Below, piece after piece: positions 19,207-28,440 of a DNA stretch of 64,000 nt. Source of the DNA: Candidatus Saccharimonadia bacterium (lineage in GTDB: Bacteria; Patescibacteriota; Saccharimonadia; UBA4664); the NCBI GenBank assembly GCA_041743505.1, contig JBGTMQ010000003.1:25148-89147 (forward strand), read 5' to 3'. The notes beneath the pieces were generated by a model that worked only from the letters and a program-made list of their open reading frames with translations, was not told where the DNA came from and did not search any database. Within the stretch, counting starts at the first letter, position 1. Each line of letters starts with the position of its first letter. The translations under genes were made by a program, and so were the position numbers.

Positions 19207-20235
19207 TTAAAACTGTTCGAGGAATTTAAAATTTGGCCTCCAAAACTCGCGCACATCATCGACACCATATTTAATCGCCGCAATTCGCTCCGGCCCAAAT
19301 CCGAACGCAAACCCGCTGTAAACGTCCGGATCAATGCCAACGTTCCGCAGCACCTGCGGATGCACCATGCCGGCACCACCAAGCTCCAACCAGCCAGACC
19401 CACCGCACAAATGACAAGCCTGATCCTTAACCCGGCCCAAACCCGAACAAGCCGAGCATGTCGCGTCCATTTCCACACTTGGCTCTGTATAGGGAAAATA
19501 GTTCGATCGCAATCGCACCTTAGTATCCTCACCCAAAACTCCTCGCATCATCGCCTCAAGCGTCCCCTTCAAATCCGCTAGGCTAATCCCCTTGTCCACC
19601 ACCAAACCCTCGATCTGATAAAAGCTCCACGAGTGGCGGGCATCCTCATCTTCATTCCGATAAACTTTGCCAGGAGCAATAATTCGAACTGGCAATTTAT
19701 CTTTGTTAAGCTCCAAATGCCGAACCTGTATCCCCGATGTATGAGTCCGCGGCAAATGCGCCTCTTCCAGATAAAAAGTATCCTGCATATCCCGGGCTGG
19801 ATGATCTTTCCCTACTAACAATGCCTCAAAGTTATACCATTCCGTCTCAACCTCCGGGCCTTCAGCCACTTGATAACCCATCTGCCAATACAGATCAATC
19901 AGCTCATCCAACACCACACCCACGGGATGCCGGTGACCCAGCTTGGGCCGGATGCCTGGAGTCGTCACATCAAACGGCGCACTCATCACGGCTGCCGTCT
20001 CGGCTTGCCGCAGGGTCTCTCCCCTCGCATCCAACGCCGTCTCCACGACCCGCCGCAACCGGTTAGCCTCAGCCCCAGCCGCCGCCCTTTGCTCTGCCGG
20101 CAACGCTCCTACAGCCTTAAGCTGCTCAGTCACCTGCCCTTTTCGACCCAACAAGCCAACCCGCAACGCCTCCAGTGCTTGTGCATTCGCCGCCGCCTCT
20201 ATTTGATTCAATAACTCCTGCTCGTTCATGGCCAT
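19207..20235 (-). CDS. pheS: Phenylalanine--tRNA ligase alpha subunit
   Basis: 342 aa, class II aaRS motifs. Its start overlaps the stop of the upstream membrane-protein gene (ATGGCCATGA), indicating coupling. Confidence 0.95.
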   Translation of the reverse strand: MAMNEQELLNQIEAAANAQALEALRVGLLGRKGQVTEQLKAVGALPAEQRAAAGAEANRLRRVVETALDARGETLRQAETAAVMSAPFDVTTPGIRPKLGHRHPVGVVLDELIDLYWQMGYQVAEGPEVETEWYNFEALLVGKDHPARDMQDTFYLEEAHLPRTHTSGIQVRHLELNKDKLPVRIIAPGKVYRNEDEDARHSWSFYQIEGLVVDKGISLADLKGTLEAMMRGVLGEDTKVRLRSNYFPYTEPSVEMDATCSACSGLGRVKDQACHLCGGSGWLELGGAGMVHPQVLRNVGIDPDVYSGFAFGFGPERIAAIKYGVDDVREFWRPNFKFLEQF

Positions 20236-20660
20236 CGAAACCTTACATATACCTCGGCAATTACCAACAATAATCCCAGTAGTATAGCATCTCTAAGGTT
20301 AAATTGGTGCAGCGAGCTCAATGCCATCATCGCCGTAATCCACCAAGCAGCCAGCATCCCCTGCCGCCACGAATACCGCAGCCGGCTAGCCCCGTTCTCG
20401 TGCACCCGCAAAAACCGCTTAATCCCATACAGTACCAACGCAATGATCGCCGACAAGCTAAACAACAGCAACACAAACCATAACGTCACCCCCACCGGCC
20501 CAATGGCCAGCGGATTGGTCAGAAGCACGCTCAACACTAAAATCATCCCTGACATCAGAGACCAGACAACGAGCAAACTCAGCCGCCCAAAAGTGGGCAT
20601 CGGATTCCTCTCTAGGCTTACTATGAACGCATTATGACATCTCAAGCCTTGTATCGGCAA
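20226..20660 (-). CDS. Small polytopic membrane protein, first gene of the pheS-pheT operon
   Basis: 144 aa with 3-4 predicted TM helices. Its stop overlaps the pheS start. Confidence 0.6.
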   Translation of the reverse strand: MPIQGLRCHNAFIVSLERNPMPTFGRLSLLVVWSLMSGMILVLSVLLTNPLAIGPVGVTLWFVLLLFSLSAIIALVLYGIKRFLRVHENGASRLRYSWRQGMLAAWWITAMMALSSLHQFNLRDAILLGLLLVIAEVYVRFRWP

Positions 20661-20663
20661 ACA

Positions 20664-20696
20664 AAAAGCACCCCTAAATGGGTGCTTTTTTCTGAC
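20664..20696. terminator. Intrinsic terminator (bidirectional hairpin) between the leader sORF and the pheS operon
   Basis: The minus strand reads aaaaaagcacccatttaggggtgctttttgtttg. The stem is GCACCC/GGGTGC, followed by a T tract on both strands. Confidence 0.7.
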
Positions 20697-20716
20697 AGGA
20701 CGAGATCTTGAACGTG

Positions 20717-20803
20717 TTAACGCCTGGTGGTCCGGATACAGGTCTCTCTTGGGAATTCATACTGAGATCCTAATTCTTCATAACGAAGTGTTGGCGACAA
20801 CAT
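20717..20803 (-). CDS. 28-codon leader sORF with a perfect SD (AAAAAGGAGGGcaccATG), immediately upstream of the terminator
   Basis: Hand-translated MLSPTLRYEELGSQYEFPRETCIRTTRR, stop TAA at 20719..20717. The terminator begins ~20 nt downstream. The downstream operon start is at 20660. Confidence 0.4.
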   Translation of the reverse strand: MLSPTLRYEELGSQYEFPRETCIRTTRR

Positions 20804-21214
20804 GGTGCCCTCCTTTTTGTTTTGGTTTAGGTTACAAGAGCCGCTTAAATTATTAGGCGTCTCACGACGCTACTAAGCGGCTCAGGAATGATTGCAGAGT
20901 TACGGGGCGAACGATAAGCACCCTATTTTTGTGTAAATTGGCGCACGTCGCCCCGTAGTATTTCCTACCGTATAGGTAAGAAATGGGTTTGGGTTGAGTT
21001 GGCTTGCTGCCTTTTTTACACATTGTGTGTAACGCACTAATGAAATGCTTTATAGACTTGGCCCAAGACCGAACTCGGGTTCCTCCCTACCTGGTTGGTT
21101 TTGGAAGGCATTCGGCTACGATATTAAATCATAACCGCGTGCCTTCCAAAACCGATGGAGTAAGCGCGGCATTTAGGTGTGGACCCCAAATGATACTCCT
21201 GTGTATTGTGACCG

Positions 21215-21272
21215 TAGGGTGAACCCAGGTTAGAAAGTAAGGGGGATACTTCTAACCGGGATCTACCCTACC
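21215..21272. ncRNA. Long imperfect hairpin inside the untranslated trpS-pheS spacer
   Basis: gtagggt...accctac encloses ccaggttagaa...ttctaaccggg. Nested stems total about 18 bp. It is part of a ~1 kb ORF-poor region. Confidence 0.3.
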
Positions 21273-21330
21273 GTCGCCGATGGCTTTATGGGAGAAGAGA
21301 CTAGGCTTTCAATGAACTGCGGACGAGACT

Positions 21331-21416
21331 TGATCGGAACTATGGTCGGGAACTTTGAGGACTTTGGTCGGGACCGTTCGACTGGGAACTTGTGAACTTC
21401 GAACTTGATACTAATG
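21331..21416. repeat. Degenerate tandem array of GGAAC/GGGAC units, seven or more (minus strand AGTTCC)
   Basis: cggaac tatggtcgggaac tttgaggac tttggtcgggac cgttcgactgggaac ttgtgaac ttcgaac. Confidence 0.45.
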
Positions 21417-21601
21417 TAGCACAAGCAGTTTCCAATGTCAACACTTCGGCATATACTATCGCAAAATACATAATATTAGCTCTACAAAGGAATAAAAGTT
21501 CCCTATCCAGCCTATTATGTGCACCATCATCATGAGCCATGTTGATCAATTTACAACATTTATGCACAAAAAATCGAGGCTAAATCAACAAAAATAACTT
21601 G

Positions 21602-21629
21602 GTTATAAACTTTATAGTGATGTTGTCAA
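21602..21629 (-). promoter_or_regulatory. Sigma70-like promoter, TTGACA-16nt-TATAAC, reading leftward into the untranslated region
   Basis: -35 at 21629..21624 and -10 at 21607..21602 on the minus strand. A ~0.9 kb region follows with no credible ORF, ending at the 20664-20696 terminator. Confidence 0.45.
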
Positions 21630-21733
21630 ATTTACTTTTTTTCAGCCACTAACCGCCCCTTACCGAGCCGGCCACTATACAATAATCGCGGCCGAATTGA
21701 CCGCGATTATTAAATTAAATCTTAGGAAATGGC

Positions 21734-22726
21734 CTAGATCAAACCCAGCTTCTCTTTAACGTCAGCCAGTTTAGCATTAGCCAGCTCACTGGCCCTCCAC
21801 CAGCCATGCTCCAAGGCCTTATCAATCTTTTCGTTACCATCTTTCATCAGCTGCCCATGCGAATGCTGTAAAGGCTGTAGTGTCCGGACCACCAACTCGG
21901 CTAGCTCATCCTTAAACACACCATAACCTTGGCCGACATACTGCTCCTCAATCTGCTCAATCGTCTTCCCGGTCAGGCAGGAATATGTCACCAGCAGGTT
22001 GGTCAGCGCCGGCTTATCAGGCCCTGCAGACACTTGGCTACCCGAATCCGTTACCGCCCGGGTAATTTTCTTCGTAATCGCCTTTTCATCATCAGCCAGC
22101 AATATACATCCGCTAAGATCAGCGTCACTCTTACTCATCTTTTTGCTTGGGTCCTGCAAATCCATAATCCGCGCGCCCTCAGTTTGAACAGTTGGCTGTG
22201 GCACCTTGAATGTATCGCCATGAAGATTATTAAACCTCGTAGCAATATCACGCGTTAGCTCAACATGCTGCTTCTGATCATCACCGATTGGCACCTCGTC
22301 GGCGTCATACAGCAAAATATCCGCCGCCATCATCACAGGGTAGTCATATAGACCCACCAACTGACCCTCCGGGCCTTGCTTAGCCGCTTTATCCTTAAAC
22401 TGAGTCATGCGGTTAAGCTCACCCACAGTAGTGTAATTGTTAAGAATCCAGGTCAGCTCAGAGTGAGCTGGCACCTGCGACTGCATAAAGACATATGAAT
22501 GATCATGATCCACCCCCGACGCAATCAACCATGCCACAGCCGACCGGCTGTCATAGTGCAGTTTCTCCGGGTCCGGCCGGACCGTCAAAGCATGCAAGTT
22601 AGGCACGAAAAAAAAGTGCTCGCGCTCAGGATCACGGCTCATCTCACCCCAGCGCTTCATTGCCCCGATATAATTGCCAAGGGTAAGATCACCGGTCGGC
22701 TTCACGCCCGATACGACTCGCTTCAC
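21734..22726 (-). CDS. trpS: Tryptophan--tRNA ligase
   Basis: 330 aa. The N-terminus is VSGVKPTGDLTLGNYIGA (HIGH-region equivalent) and KMSKS-like KMSKSD is present. A hairpin (21682-21713) follows the stop. Confidence 0.95.
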   Translation of the reverse strand: MKRVVSGVKPTGDLTLGNYIGAMKRWGEMSRDPEREHFFFVPNLHALTVRPDPEKLHYDSRSAVAWLIASGVDHDHSYVFMQSQVPAHSELTWILNNYTTVGELNRMTQFKDKAAKQGPEGQLVGLYDYPVMMAADILLYDADEVPIGDDQKQHVELTRDIATRFNNLHGDTFKVPQPTVQTEGARIMDLQDPSKKMSKSDADLSGCILLADDEKAITKKITRAVTDSGSQVSAGPDKPALTNLLVTYSCLTGKTIEQIEEQYVGQGYGVFKDELAELVVRTLQPLQHSHGQLMKDGNEKIDKALEHGWWRASELANAKLADVKEKLGLI

Positions 22727-22792
22727 GTCGCTGTCCTCATTAATGCTTAAGTAAACTATACCCTGTTTGTTTCTACCCCGGCAAACCTGGAC

Positions 22793-23947
22793 CTAGTCAT
22801 CCTGCTGCGGTTTATCTAGCACCAATGCCTCAACCGCAGGTGCAGTATCGGCAATCCTAATCACATCTTTATCAACCTTCTTAAGTTCACGATGGGCATT
22901 ATTAAAGTGACCCACCGTCGTTCCAAGTGAACTACCCAGTTTTTGCATGTATGTTTCGTGAGCTACAATATGCTGACCCAACTCCCCTACCCGCTTCTGT
23001 ATATCCTTGGCTTTTTCCTCAATTTGCAGACTCCGCAAGCCCTGCATTACCGTCTGAAGATAGGCCATAAATGATGTAGGACTTACAATGATTACTCGCT
23101 TATCCCGAAATGCATACTCAATAAGATCCCGCGCATTTGTCTGCAAAGTACCCACCTTATTAATGAGTAAATCATAATAAACAGCCTCACTAGGTATGAA
23201 CATAAAGGCAAAATCCATGGTATTCTCAGCCGGCCGAATGTATTTGGAAGTCTCATCAATCCGGGCTTTAAGGTCATTCTTTATCGCCTTAATTAATGCA
23301 TCCTGACGAGTCTTATCTTTCTCCTCCACCAGACGGTTATAATTTTCCAGCGAAAATTTAGAATCTACTGGCAGCAATTTACCTTTATCCAAATAGATCA
23401 CAGCATCGACAATTTCGCCGTCATTAAACTTGTACTGAAGCGAGAACCGCTCTGGCGGCAAAACATTCTCCAGCACCGTTTGTAAAAAATATTCGCCCAA
23501 AACGCCGCGTTGTTTCGGATTCTGCAGTGTGTTTTGGAGCAGCTTCAATTCATCAGTAATACTCAACACCTGTTTATTACTAGCTTTTAGCTCAGTCAAA
23601 TCACGAGTCACCTCGCCAATCAGCCGCGACGAAGCCGCAAACTGCTGCTGCATCGCCGAACGCATACTGTCGTTTGTTTTATCGAGCCGGGTATTCAGCG
23701 TTTGATGAATCCCCTGCAGGTCCTGCTTGATCAGCCCCAGCGCTGCATCATTCTTCATGCCATCCCGAAGCTCGCGCATCTGCCGGTTCATAACATTAAT
23801 AATAACTACGAAACCACCCACGACCGCAAGCAACACAATCACTAGTAGAATAATCATTTCCATTGCCAAAGTATACCAGTCAAAGCATAACCGAACAAGA
23901 TGCGAACAAACCACCTCAAAAAATAGACCAGGTGACTGTTGTGTCAC
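22793..23947 (-). CDS. rmuC: DNA recombination protein RmuC family
   Basis: N-terminal TM helix, long coiled-coil and C-terminal RmuC-like motif (DFAFMFIPSEAVYYDLL). The likely start is M29 at 23863. Confidence 0.75.
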   Translation of the reverse strand: MTQQSPGLFFEVVCSHLVRLCFDWYTLAMEMIILLVIVLLAVVGGFVVIINVMNRQMRELRDGMKNDAALGLIKQDLQGIHQTLNTRLDKTNDSMRSAMQQQFAASSRLIGEVTRDLTELKASNKQVLSITDELKLLQNTLQNPKQRGVLGEYFLQTVLENVLPPERFSLQYKFNDGEIVDAVIYLDKGKLLPVDSKFSLENYNRLVEEKDKTRQDALIKAIKNDLKARIDETSKYIRPAENTMDFAFMFIPSEAVYYDLLINKVGTLQTNARDLIEYAFRDKRVIIVSPTSFMAYLQTVMQGLRSLQIEEKAKDIQKRVGELGQHIVAHETYMQKLGSSLGTTVGHFNNAHRELKKVDKDVIRIADTAPAVEALVLDKPQQDD

Positions 23948-23964
23948 CTGGTCTCCGGCCTACT

Positions 23965-24459
23965 TCACTTGTCATTGAAGCTGGCAATCACTCGTTCACC
24001 AGGACCTGAAGCTACATCGGACAATTCATAGGCCCACTCACACAGCTCATACATCTCTCTCGCCCACATAGTTTCTGGCTGGTACATAAAACCCTGGAGC
24101 TGACTCCGAAGCTCAGTCAAAGGTTTTATTGTTTCCCCGCTCAGCTGAGCCAGACTGGCAGTGGTATGGCGCAGCGTACCGGGCAGCTGGTCCTGCTTCA
24201 TCACTTCCTTCGCCGCTCGAACTAGCAGATCAACCACCGCACTGGCCGTACCATTCCCATCATCAGAGATAAGCCGGCGGCCATGGCGCCGGATATTAAT
24301 CTCACTTTGAATGTGAGTTCTCAGCCGGCCAATCGCCTCACTCTCCTCCCTTGTCAACACACTACGACCGGTTGCAACAGCTTCAAACACGTTACAAACC
24401 ATGGCCAGGTGCAACATTGGGATTGAACCTCCTGGCTGCATTTTGTCAAGCATACTCAC
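23965..24459 (-). CDS. Hypothetical helical protein, paralog of 25396..25857
   Basis: 164 aa. It shares the N-terminal block with the second copy (LAMVCNVFEAVATGRSVLTREESEAIGRL vs LAQLCNIFEAVSNGRTGLSVEERGAVDRL) and the C-terminal block (QPETMWAREMYELCEWAYELS vs QPDSAWATRMYRLVDRAYDLA). Confidence 0.6.
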   Translation of the reverse strand: MSMLDKMQPGGSIPMLHLAMVCNVFEAVATGRSVLTREESEAIGRLRTHIQSEINIRRHGRRLISDDGNGTASAVVDLLVRAAKEVMKQDQLPGTLRHTTASLAQLSGETIKPLTELRSQLQGFMYQPETMWAREMYELCEWAYELSDVASGPGERVIASFNDK

Positions 24460-24576
24460 CCCTATCGGAAGTCAATGCCGCTTTAGTTTCTATCATCCCG
24501 GATGAAATCTCAAGCATAGCCGGACAAAAAGCGCATAATAGGTGCGGACATATCAACTGGACAGTTCCAAACCATC

Positions 24577-25377
24577 ATGAACTATTCACTCTCCTACCAA
24601 GATAACAACCACGGCCAACCAACCGTTGTATTCCTGCACGGCATGGCCGGATCAAGCCGCTATTGGCAGCCAGTTATCAGCCAACTTCCCCCAACCTACC
24701 GCACTATCTGCCTGGACCTCCTAGGATTCGGCCACTCACCTAAACCAGCCAGCATCGATTATTCTTACGAGGATCATCTTCAAGCCATCACGGCAACACT
24801 CGACCAACTCACCCCCACTAACCCAATTATCTTGGTCGGTCATTCCATGGGAGCGCTATTGGCATTCCGATTGGCCAACCGGCAACCAAATCGAGTCCGG
24901 CATCTGATACTCATTAGCCTACCCCTATTTTTCTCGCCCGAAGAAGCTAAGCACGAGCTTACCCGTGGTCGCTGGCTACTCCGCATAACCTATTACGGGC
25001 CGACTTCCCGCCTGCTTTGTAATACCATATGCGCCAATCCAATCCTCGGCCCTTGGGTCTACCGCCATTTGTTCCCGCATATGCCGGCCGATATCGCTAA
25101 TGACATCCGACTGCATACCTGGACGTCTTACGATCGCTCCCGCCACCAGATTATAGAACATCAAACAGCCCGGCAGGACCTAGAAAACGTTGCGAGCTCT
25201 ACAACAATATTAATGGGCCAAAACGATCAGTTCTATAGCACCCGCAGTAGACGCTTCAAACACCAAACTCCAACCGCCAAGTTAGTCGTCGCCGATGGTG
25301 GCCACCATTTGCCCCTTGAGCAACCTCAACTCGTAGCCGGTATCATTCAACAAAAATCAGCCGGGCAAACCATATAG
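24577..25377 (+). CDS. Alpha/beta-fold hydrolase
   Basis: 266 aa. HGMAGS oxyanion region and a GHSMG nucleophile elbow. Confidence 0.75.
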   Translation: MNYSLSYQDNNHGQPTVVFLHGMAGSSRYWQPVISQLPPTYRTICLDLLGFGHSPKPASIDYSYEDHLQAITATLDQLTPTNPIILVGHSMGALLAFRLANRQPNRVRHLILISLPLFFSPEEAKHELTRGRWLLRITYYGPTSRLLCNTICANPILGPWVYRHLFPHMPADIANDIRLHTWTSYDRSRHQIIEHQTARQDLENVASSTTILMGQNDQFYSTRSRRFKHQTPTAKLVVADGGHHLPLEQPQLVAGIIQQKSAGQTI

Positions 25378-25395
25378 TTCACCCGGCTTCCCGCA

Positions 25396-25857
25396 TTAAC
25401 CTCGGGACAACGCCTCCATCTTGGCCAAATCATACGCCCGGTCCACCAGCCTATACATCCTTGTGGCCCATGCTGAATCAGGCTGTTTGCGAAATCTGCG
25501 AAGGTCAGCCCTGAGATCTGCCAGAGCATCCAAGCCCTGTTGCCCCGCATCACCCAACAACCGGTAACGCTGACGCGACCGGTGTGAAACATCCTCCGAT
25601 CTGGCCAGCTCCCGGGCAGCCTGGGTCAAATGCTCCATGATAACTCTGCCAAAAGGCTCGGGCATCTGTCGCGCTTCGTAGGAGCCCAAAACTCGGTTCT
25701 CTATTTCATGACTTGCATAGCAAGTAAGCCGGTCAACGGCACCACGCTCCTCAACACTAAGGCCGGTCCTGCCGTTGCTAACAGCCTCAAAAATATTGCA
25801 AAGCTGCGCAAAAAACACCGCCAAATCTAGCGGCTCATGCAACTCACTGCCAGACAT
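25396..25857 (-). CDS. Hypothetical helical protein, paralog of 23965..24459
   Basis: The start is placed at MSGSELHEPL (25857); the ORF track extends to 25935. See the paralog evidence above. Confidence 0.6.
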   Translation of the reverse strand: MSGSELHEPLDLAVFFAQLCNIFEAVSNGRTGLSVEERGAVDRLTCYASHEIENRVLGSYEARQMPEPFGRVIMEHLTQAARELARSEDVSHRSRQRYRLLGDAGQQGLDALADLRADLRRFRKQPDSAWATRMYRLVDRAYDLAKMEALSRG

Positions 25858-25951
25858 ACTCCACTCCCCACTCTCGCAGATAGTAGCCCTATAGTTATCG
25901 GCTATTACTGGCCAAGATACAAACCACCATAACAAACTGTCGCTCTTTTTA

Positions 25952-26392
25952 CTACGGCTCCAATGTCTTAATCACCGCATTCAGCGATCGCTCCAGCGCC
26001 GTTTCATCCTGCAAACTCAAGGGCTCCAGCATCCGGTGCTGACAGGCCACTATCACCTTGCCGGCATCAAAGGCCGCCTGCTCGCCTTTCTTGGTCAGCG
26101 CCAGCACATTCTCACGCTTACTTCGCGGATTCGACCGCTGCGTCACCAGGCCGCGCGAACCCAGCACCTCTGCCTGGCGCGTTACGACTGCCGGTGTTAC
26201 CCCGAGACTAGTGGCCAATTCGCGCTGGCTTACCTCCCCCAGCGCCAACAGGCCATTCAGTACCCGGAATTGAGAAAAGGTCAGTGCGAAACTGACCTTT
26301 AGCTCTTGTTCCACCTCTTGCTCAAGTCTGTTTGCGACCCGGGCAATTTTGTTGAGAAGTGATTTCTCGAAATGAGAATTCCTTACCTGCAC
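25952..26392 (-). CDS. MarR-family transcriptional regulator
   Basis: 146 aa. Winged-helix region LTFSQFRVLNGLLALGEVSQRELATSLGVTPAVVTRQAEVLGSRGLV. Confidence 0.75.
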   Translation of the reverse strand: MQVRNSHFEKSLLNKIARVANRLEQEVEQELKVSFALTFSQFRVLNGLLALGEVSQRELATSLGVTPAVVTRQAEVLGSRGLVTQRSNPRSKRENVLALTKKGEQAAFDAGKVIVACQHRMLEPLSLQDETALERSLNAVIKTLEP

Positions 26393-26782
26393 AATTCATT
26401 GAACTCCATAAACAATATACCCCTAAACAATTTAGGGGTCAATACTTTTTATGGTTTTTCTTTGGGTTAAACGCTTAGTTTCCCTGCCCTATCTGGCAAA
26501 ACAGCTGCAGACAGGCATAAAGAACCCAAATATTTTACCCGTACGGACTCTGAATGGCGTAAACAATTACCTTCTGCCGTATCCAACCAACAGGTTATCC
26601 ACAGCCTATGCACACCCCCAATCAAAAACACCGAACACTTGTCATTAACCTCTGACATATGTTCGGTGTGAAACGTAAGCGGTTACTATATTGTACGACT
26701 AACAATAAATTCTCATCCGGCCGGCAATCAGCAAGCAACCGTAAAGCATATATCTACTCAATGGATTAATCCCACAAAAATA

Positions 26783-26813
26783 GACCCTTGTGAGCAACTT
26801 GCTCACAAGGGTC
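26783..26813 (-). terminator. Intrinsic terminator of the desaturase gene
   Basis: Perfect 15-bp palindrome gacccttgtgagcaa c ttgctcacaagggtc, followed on the minus strand by TATTTTTGTGGG. Confidence 0.75.
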
Positions 26814-26823
26814 AAAGCAGCCG

Positions 26824-27816
26824 TTAGACTACTGCTCGCTTGGACTCAATCCGTGCCCGGTCCGGCCACTGTACATGGTACACCAACCGGAAGCGCTCAA
26901 GCAGCCAGATAACACCCGCCGAGATATCAATCTGCCCTCGCAGCACCCCATGACGGGCACTGCTGGAGTCAGCATGATGGTAGTTGTGCCAAGCCTCACC
27001 CAACGAGGGCAACGCCAGCCACCACACATTGCCGGACCGGTCAGTCGACGCAAAGGGCCGCCTACCTGTGACGTGACAGATCGAGTTAATCGAAAACGTC
27101 ACGTGGTTCAACAAGCCAATCCGTACCAAGCCGGCCCAAAAGAATGCCGTTACGGCTCCTTGCCACGACATCCACCACAAGCCGCCAATCAATGCCGGCA
27201 GCAACAACGACACCACCACCAACGCCGGGAATGCCCTCGATACCCGCATAATAGCCCGGTCTTTCACCAGATCGCGGGCATACTTACGCGGCGAGGCATC
27301 CTCGCTGTCGAAAAACCAACCGACATGGGCATGGAACAAACCCTTTAGTAATGCCGAAACCGAGTCACCGTATAACCAGGGCGAGTGCGGATCTCCGAGC
27401 TTGTCCGAAAACAAATGGTGCTTGCGGTGATCAGCCACCCACTGCGCCACCGGACCTTCGATGGCCAAGCTACCGGCTATCGCCAAGGCAATACGAACCG
27501 GCCGTCGAGCCTTAAAAGCACCGTGAGTGAAATGACGGTGATAACCGACAGTCACCCCCAAACAGCTAACCACGTAAAAGATAACCGCCAGCACCACATC
27601 GCGCCAACCCAGACCCCAGCCCCAGGCCACCGGGACCGCCGCGATAAGCGCCAAGAATGGCACCACTATAAACACACCCAAGATGAACAGCTTCGTGCGC
27701 GACTTACCGCCGACTTCAGGCGCCTCACCCGGCGGCTCTCCGGAAGTCTCCGATATTTCAAACTGCTGTGTCATGTACCACTCGCATTCCAGTAGACGAT
27801 AGATTACCTGTAACAT
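26824..27816 (-). CDS. Membrane fatty-acid desaturase
   Basis: Three His boxes: HRHFTH, HRKHH and HNYHH. Multiple TM helices. The likely start is M15 at 27774. Confidence 0.8.
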   Translation of the reverse strand: MLQVIYRLLECEWYMTQQFEISETSGEPPGEAPEVGGKSRTKLFILGVFIVVPFLALIAAVPVAWGWGLGWRDVVLAVIFYVVSCLGVTVGYHRHFTHGAFKARRPVRIALAIAGSLAIEGPVAQWVADHRKHHLFSDKLGDPHSPWLYGDSVSALLKGLFHAHVGWFFDSEDASPRKYARDLVKDRAIMRVSRAFPALVVVSLLLPALIGGLWWMSWQGAVTAFFWAGLVRIGLLNHVTFSINSICHVTGRRPFASTDRSGNVWWLALPSLGEAWHNYHHADSSSARHGVLRGQIDISAGVIWLLERFRLVYHVQWPDRARIESKRAVV

Positions 27817-27916
27817 CCTTATCGTAACAAAAAAGACGCCCTAAAGGCTTGATTCACCAACAAATATATAGTACAAATCAGTTGTATTGCCCCTTTCCAG
27901 ATAGAAGGTACACTCC

Positions 27917-28276
27917 ATGTCCCTAGTCCAGATACTCAAGCTCATCGAGGCCAACCCAAGCCACATCAACCCCAATACCTCCATCGAGGAGGAAATCGGC
28001 TATGGCTATGCCAGGCAAATTGTTGATGCCGCCGAACGAGTACTCAACTTGTATCGCGAATCAATCCAACTCGAACTAAGTGACAAACAGCGCCGGGCTC
28101 TGCACAGGCGTCTGCTTATTGCCGCCGGACGCGTCCAAGGGCTTATCGAATACGATGATACTCATGGCCGCACTGGTAGCATCCGCCAACAGCATGCCCA
28201 GCGTAACCTACGGCTATTCAACAATATCGCCGAAGAATTGGGAATGGAACCACAAGCACTGCATGCACTGCTCTGA
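27917..28276 (+). CDS. Hypothetical protein
   Basis: 119 aa complete ORF, helical, no recognisable motif. Confidence 0.4.
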   Translation: MSLVQILKLIEANPSHINPNTSIEEEIGYGYARQIVDAAERVLNLYRESIQLELSDKQRRALHRRLLIAAGRVQGLIEYDDTHGRTGSIRQQHAQRNLRLFNNIAEELGMEPQALHALL

Positions 28277-28341
28277 CAATCCAAACATGCCACCGGGGCA
28301 CAATCAAGTACTCCGGTGGCATAAATCAATCGAAATAATCC

Positions 28342-28417
28342 TGGTCGGGGTGAAAGGACTTGAACCTTCGACCTCAGCGTCCCGAACGCTGCGCGCTACC
28401 AACTGCGCCACACCCCG
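28342..28417 (-). tRNA. tRNA-Pro (anticodon CGG)
   Basis: Hand-folded cloverleaf: acceptor CGGGGTG/CACCCCG, D-arm GCGC-AGTTGGTA-GCGC, anticodon stem CAGCG/CGCTG with loop TTCGGGA (anticodon CGG, G37), T-arm GAAGG-TTCAAGT-CCTTT, discriminator A, encoded CCA. 76 nt. Confidence 0.9.
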
Positions 28418-28440
28418 ATGCCACAAAGAACCTGGCTATG

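Noticed and set aside
20697-21733. RNase P RNA, SRP RNA, tmRNA or T-box leader in the trpS-pheS spacer
   Set aside because: I looked for P4 GGAAAGTCCGG / ACAGAACCCGGCTTA, SRP domain IV GGAAGGAAGCAGC, tmRNA ends and the T-box AGGGTGGNACCGCG. None are present. A tRNA-like 3' end tccggaccacca also occurs inside trpS, so it is judged coincidental.
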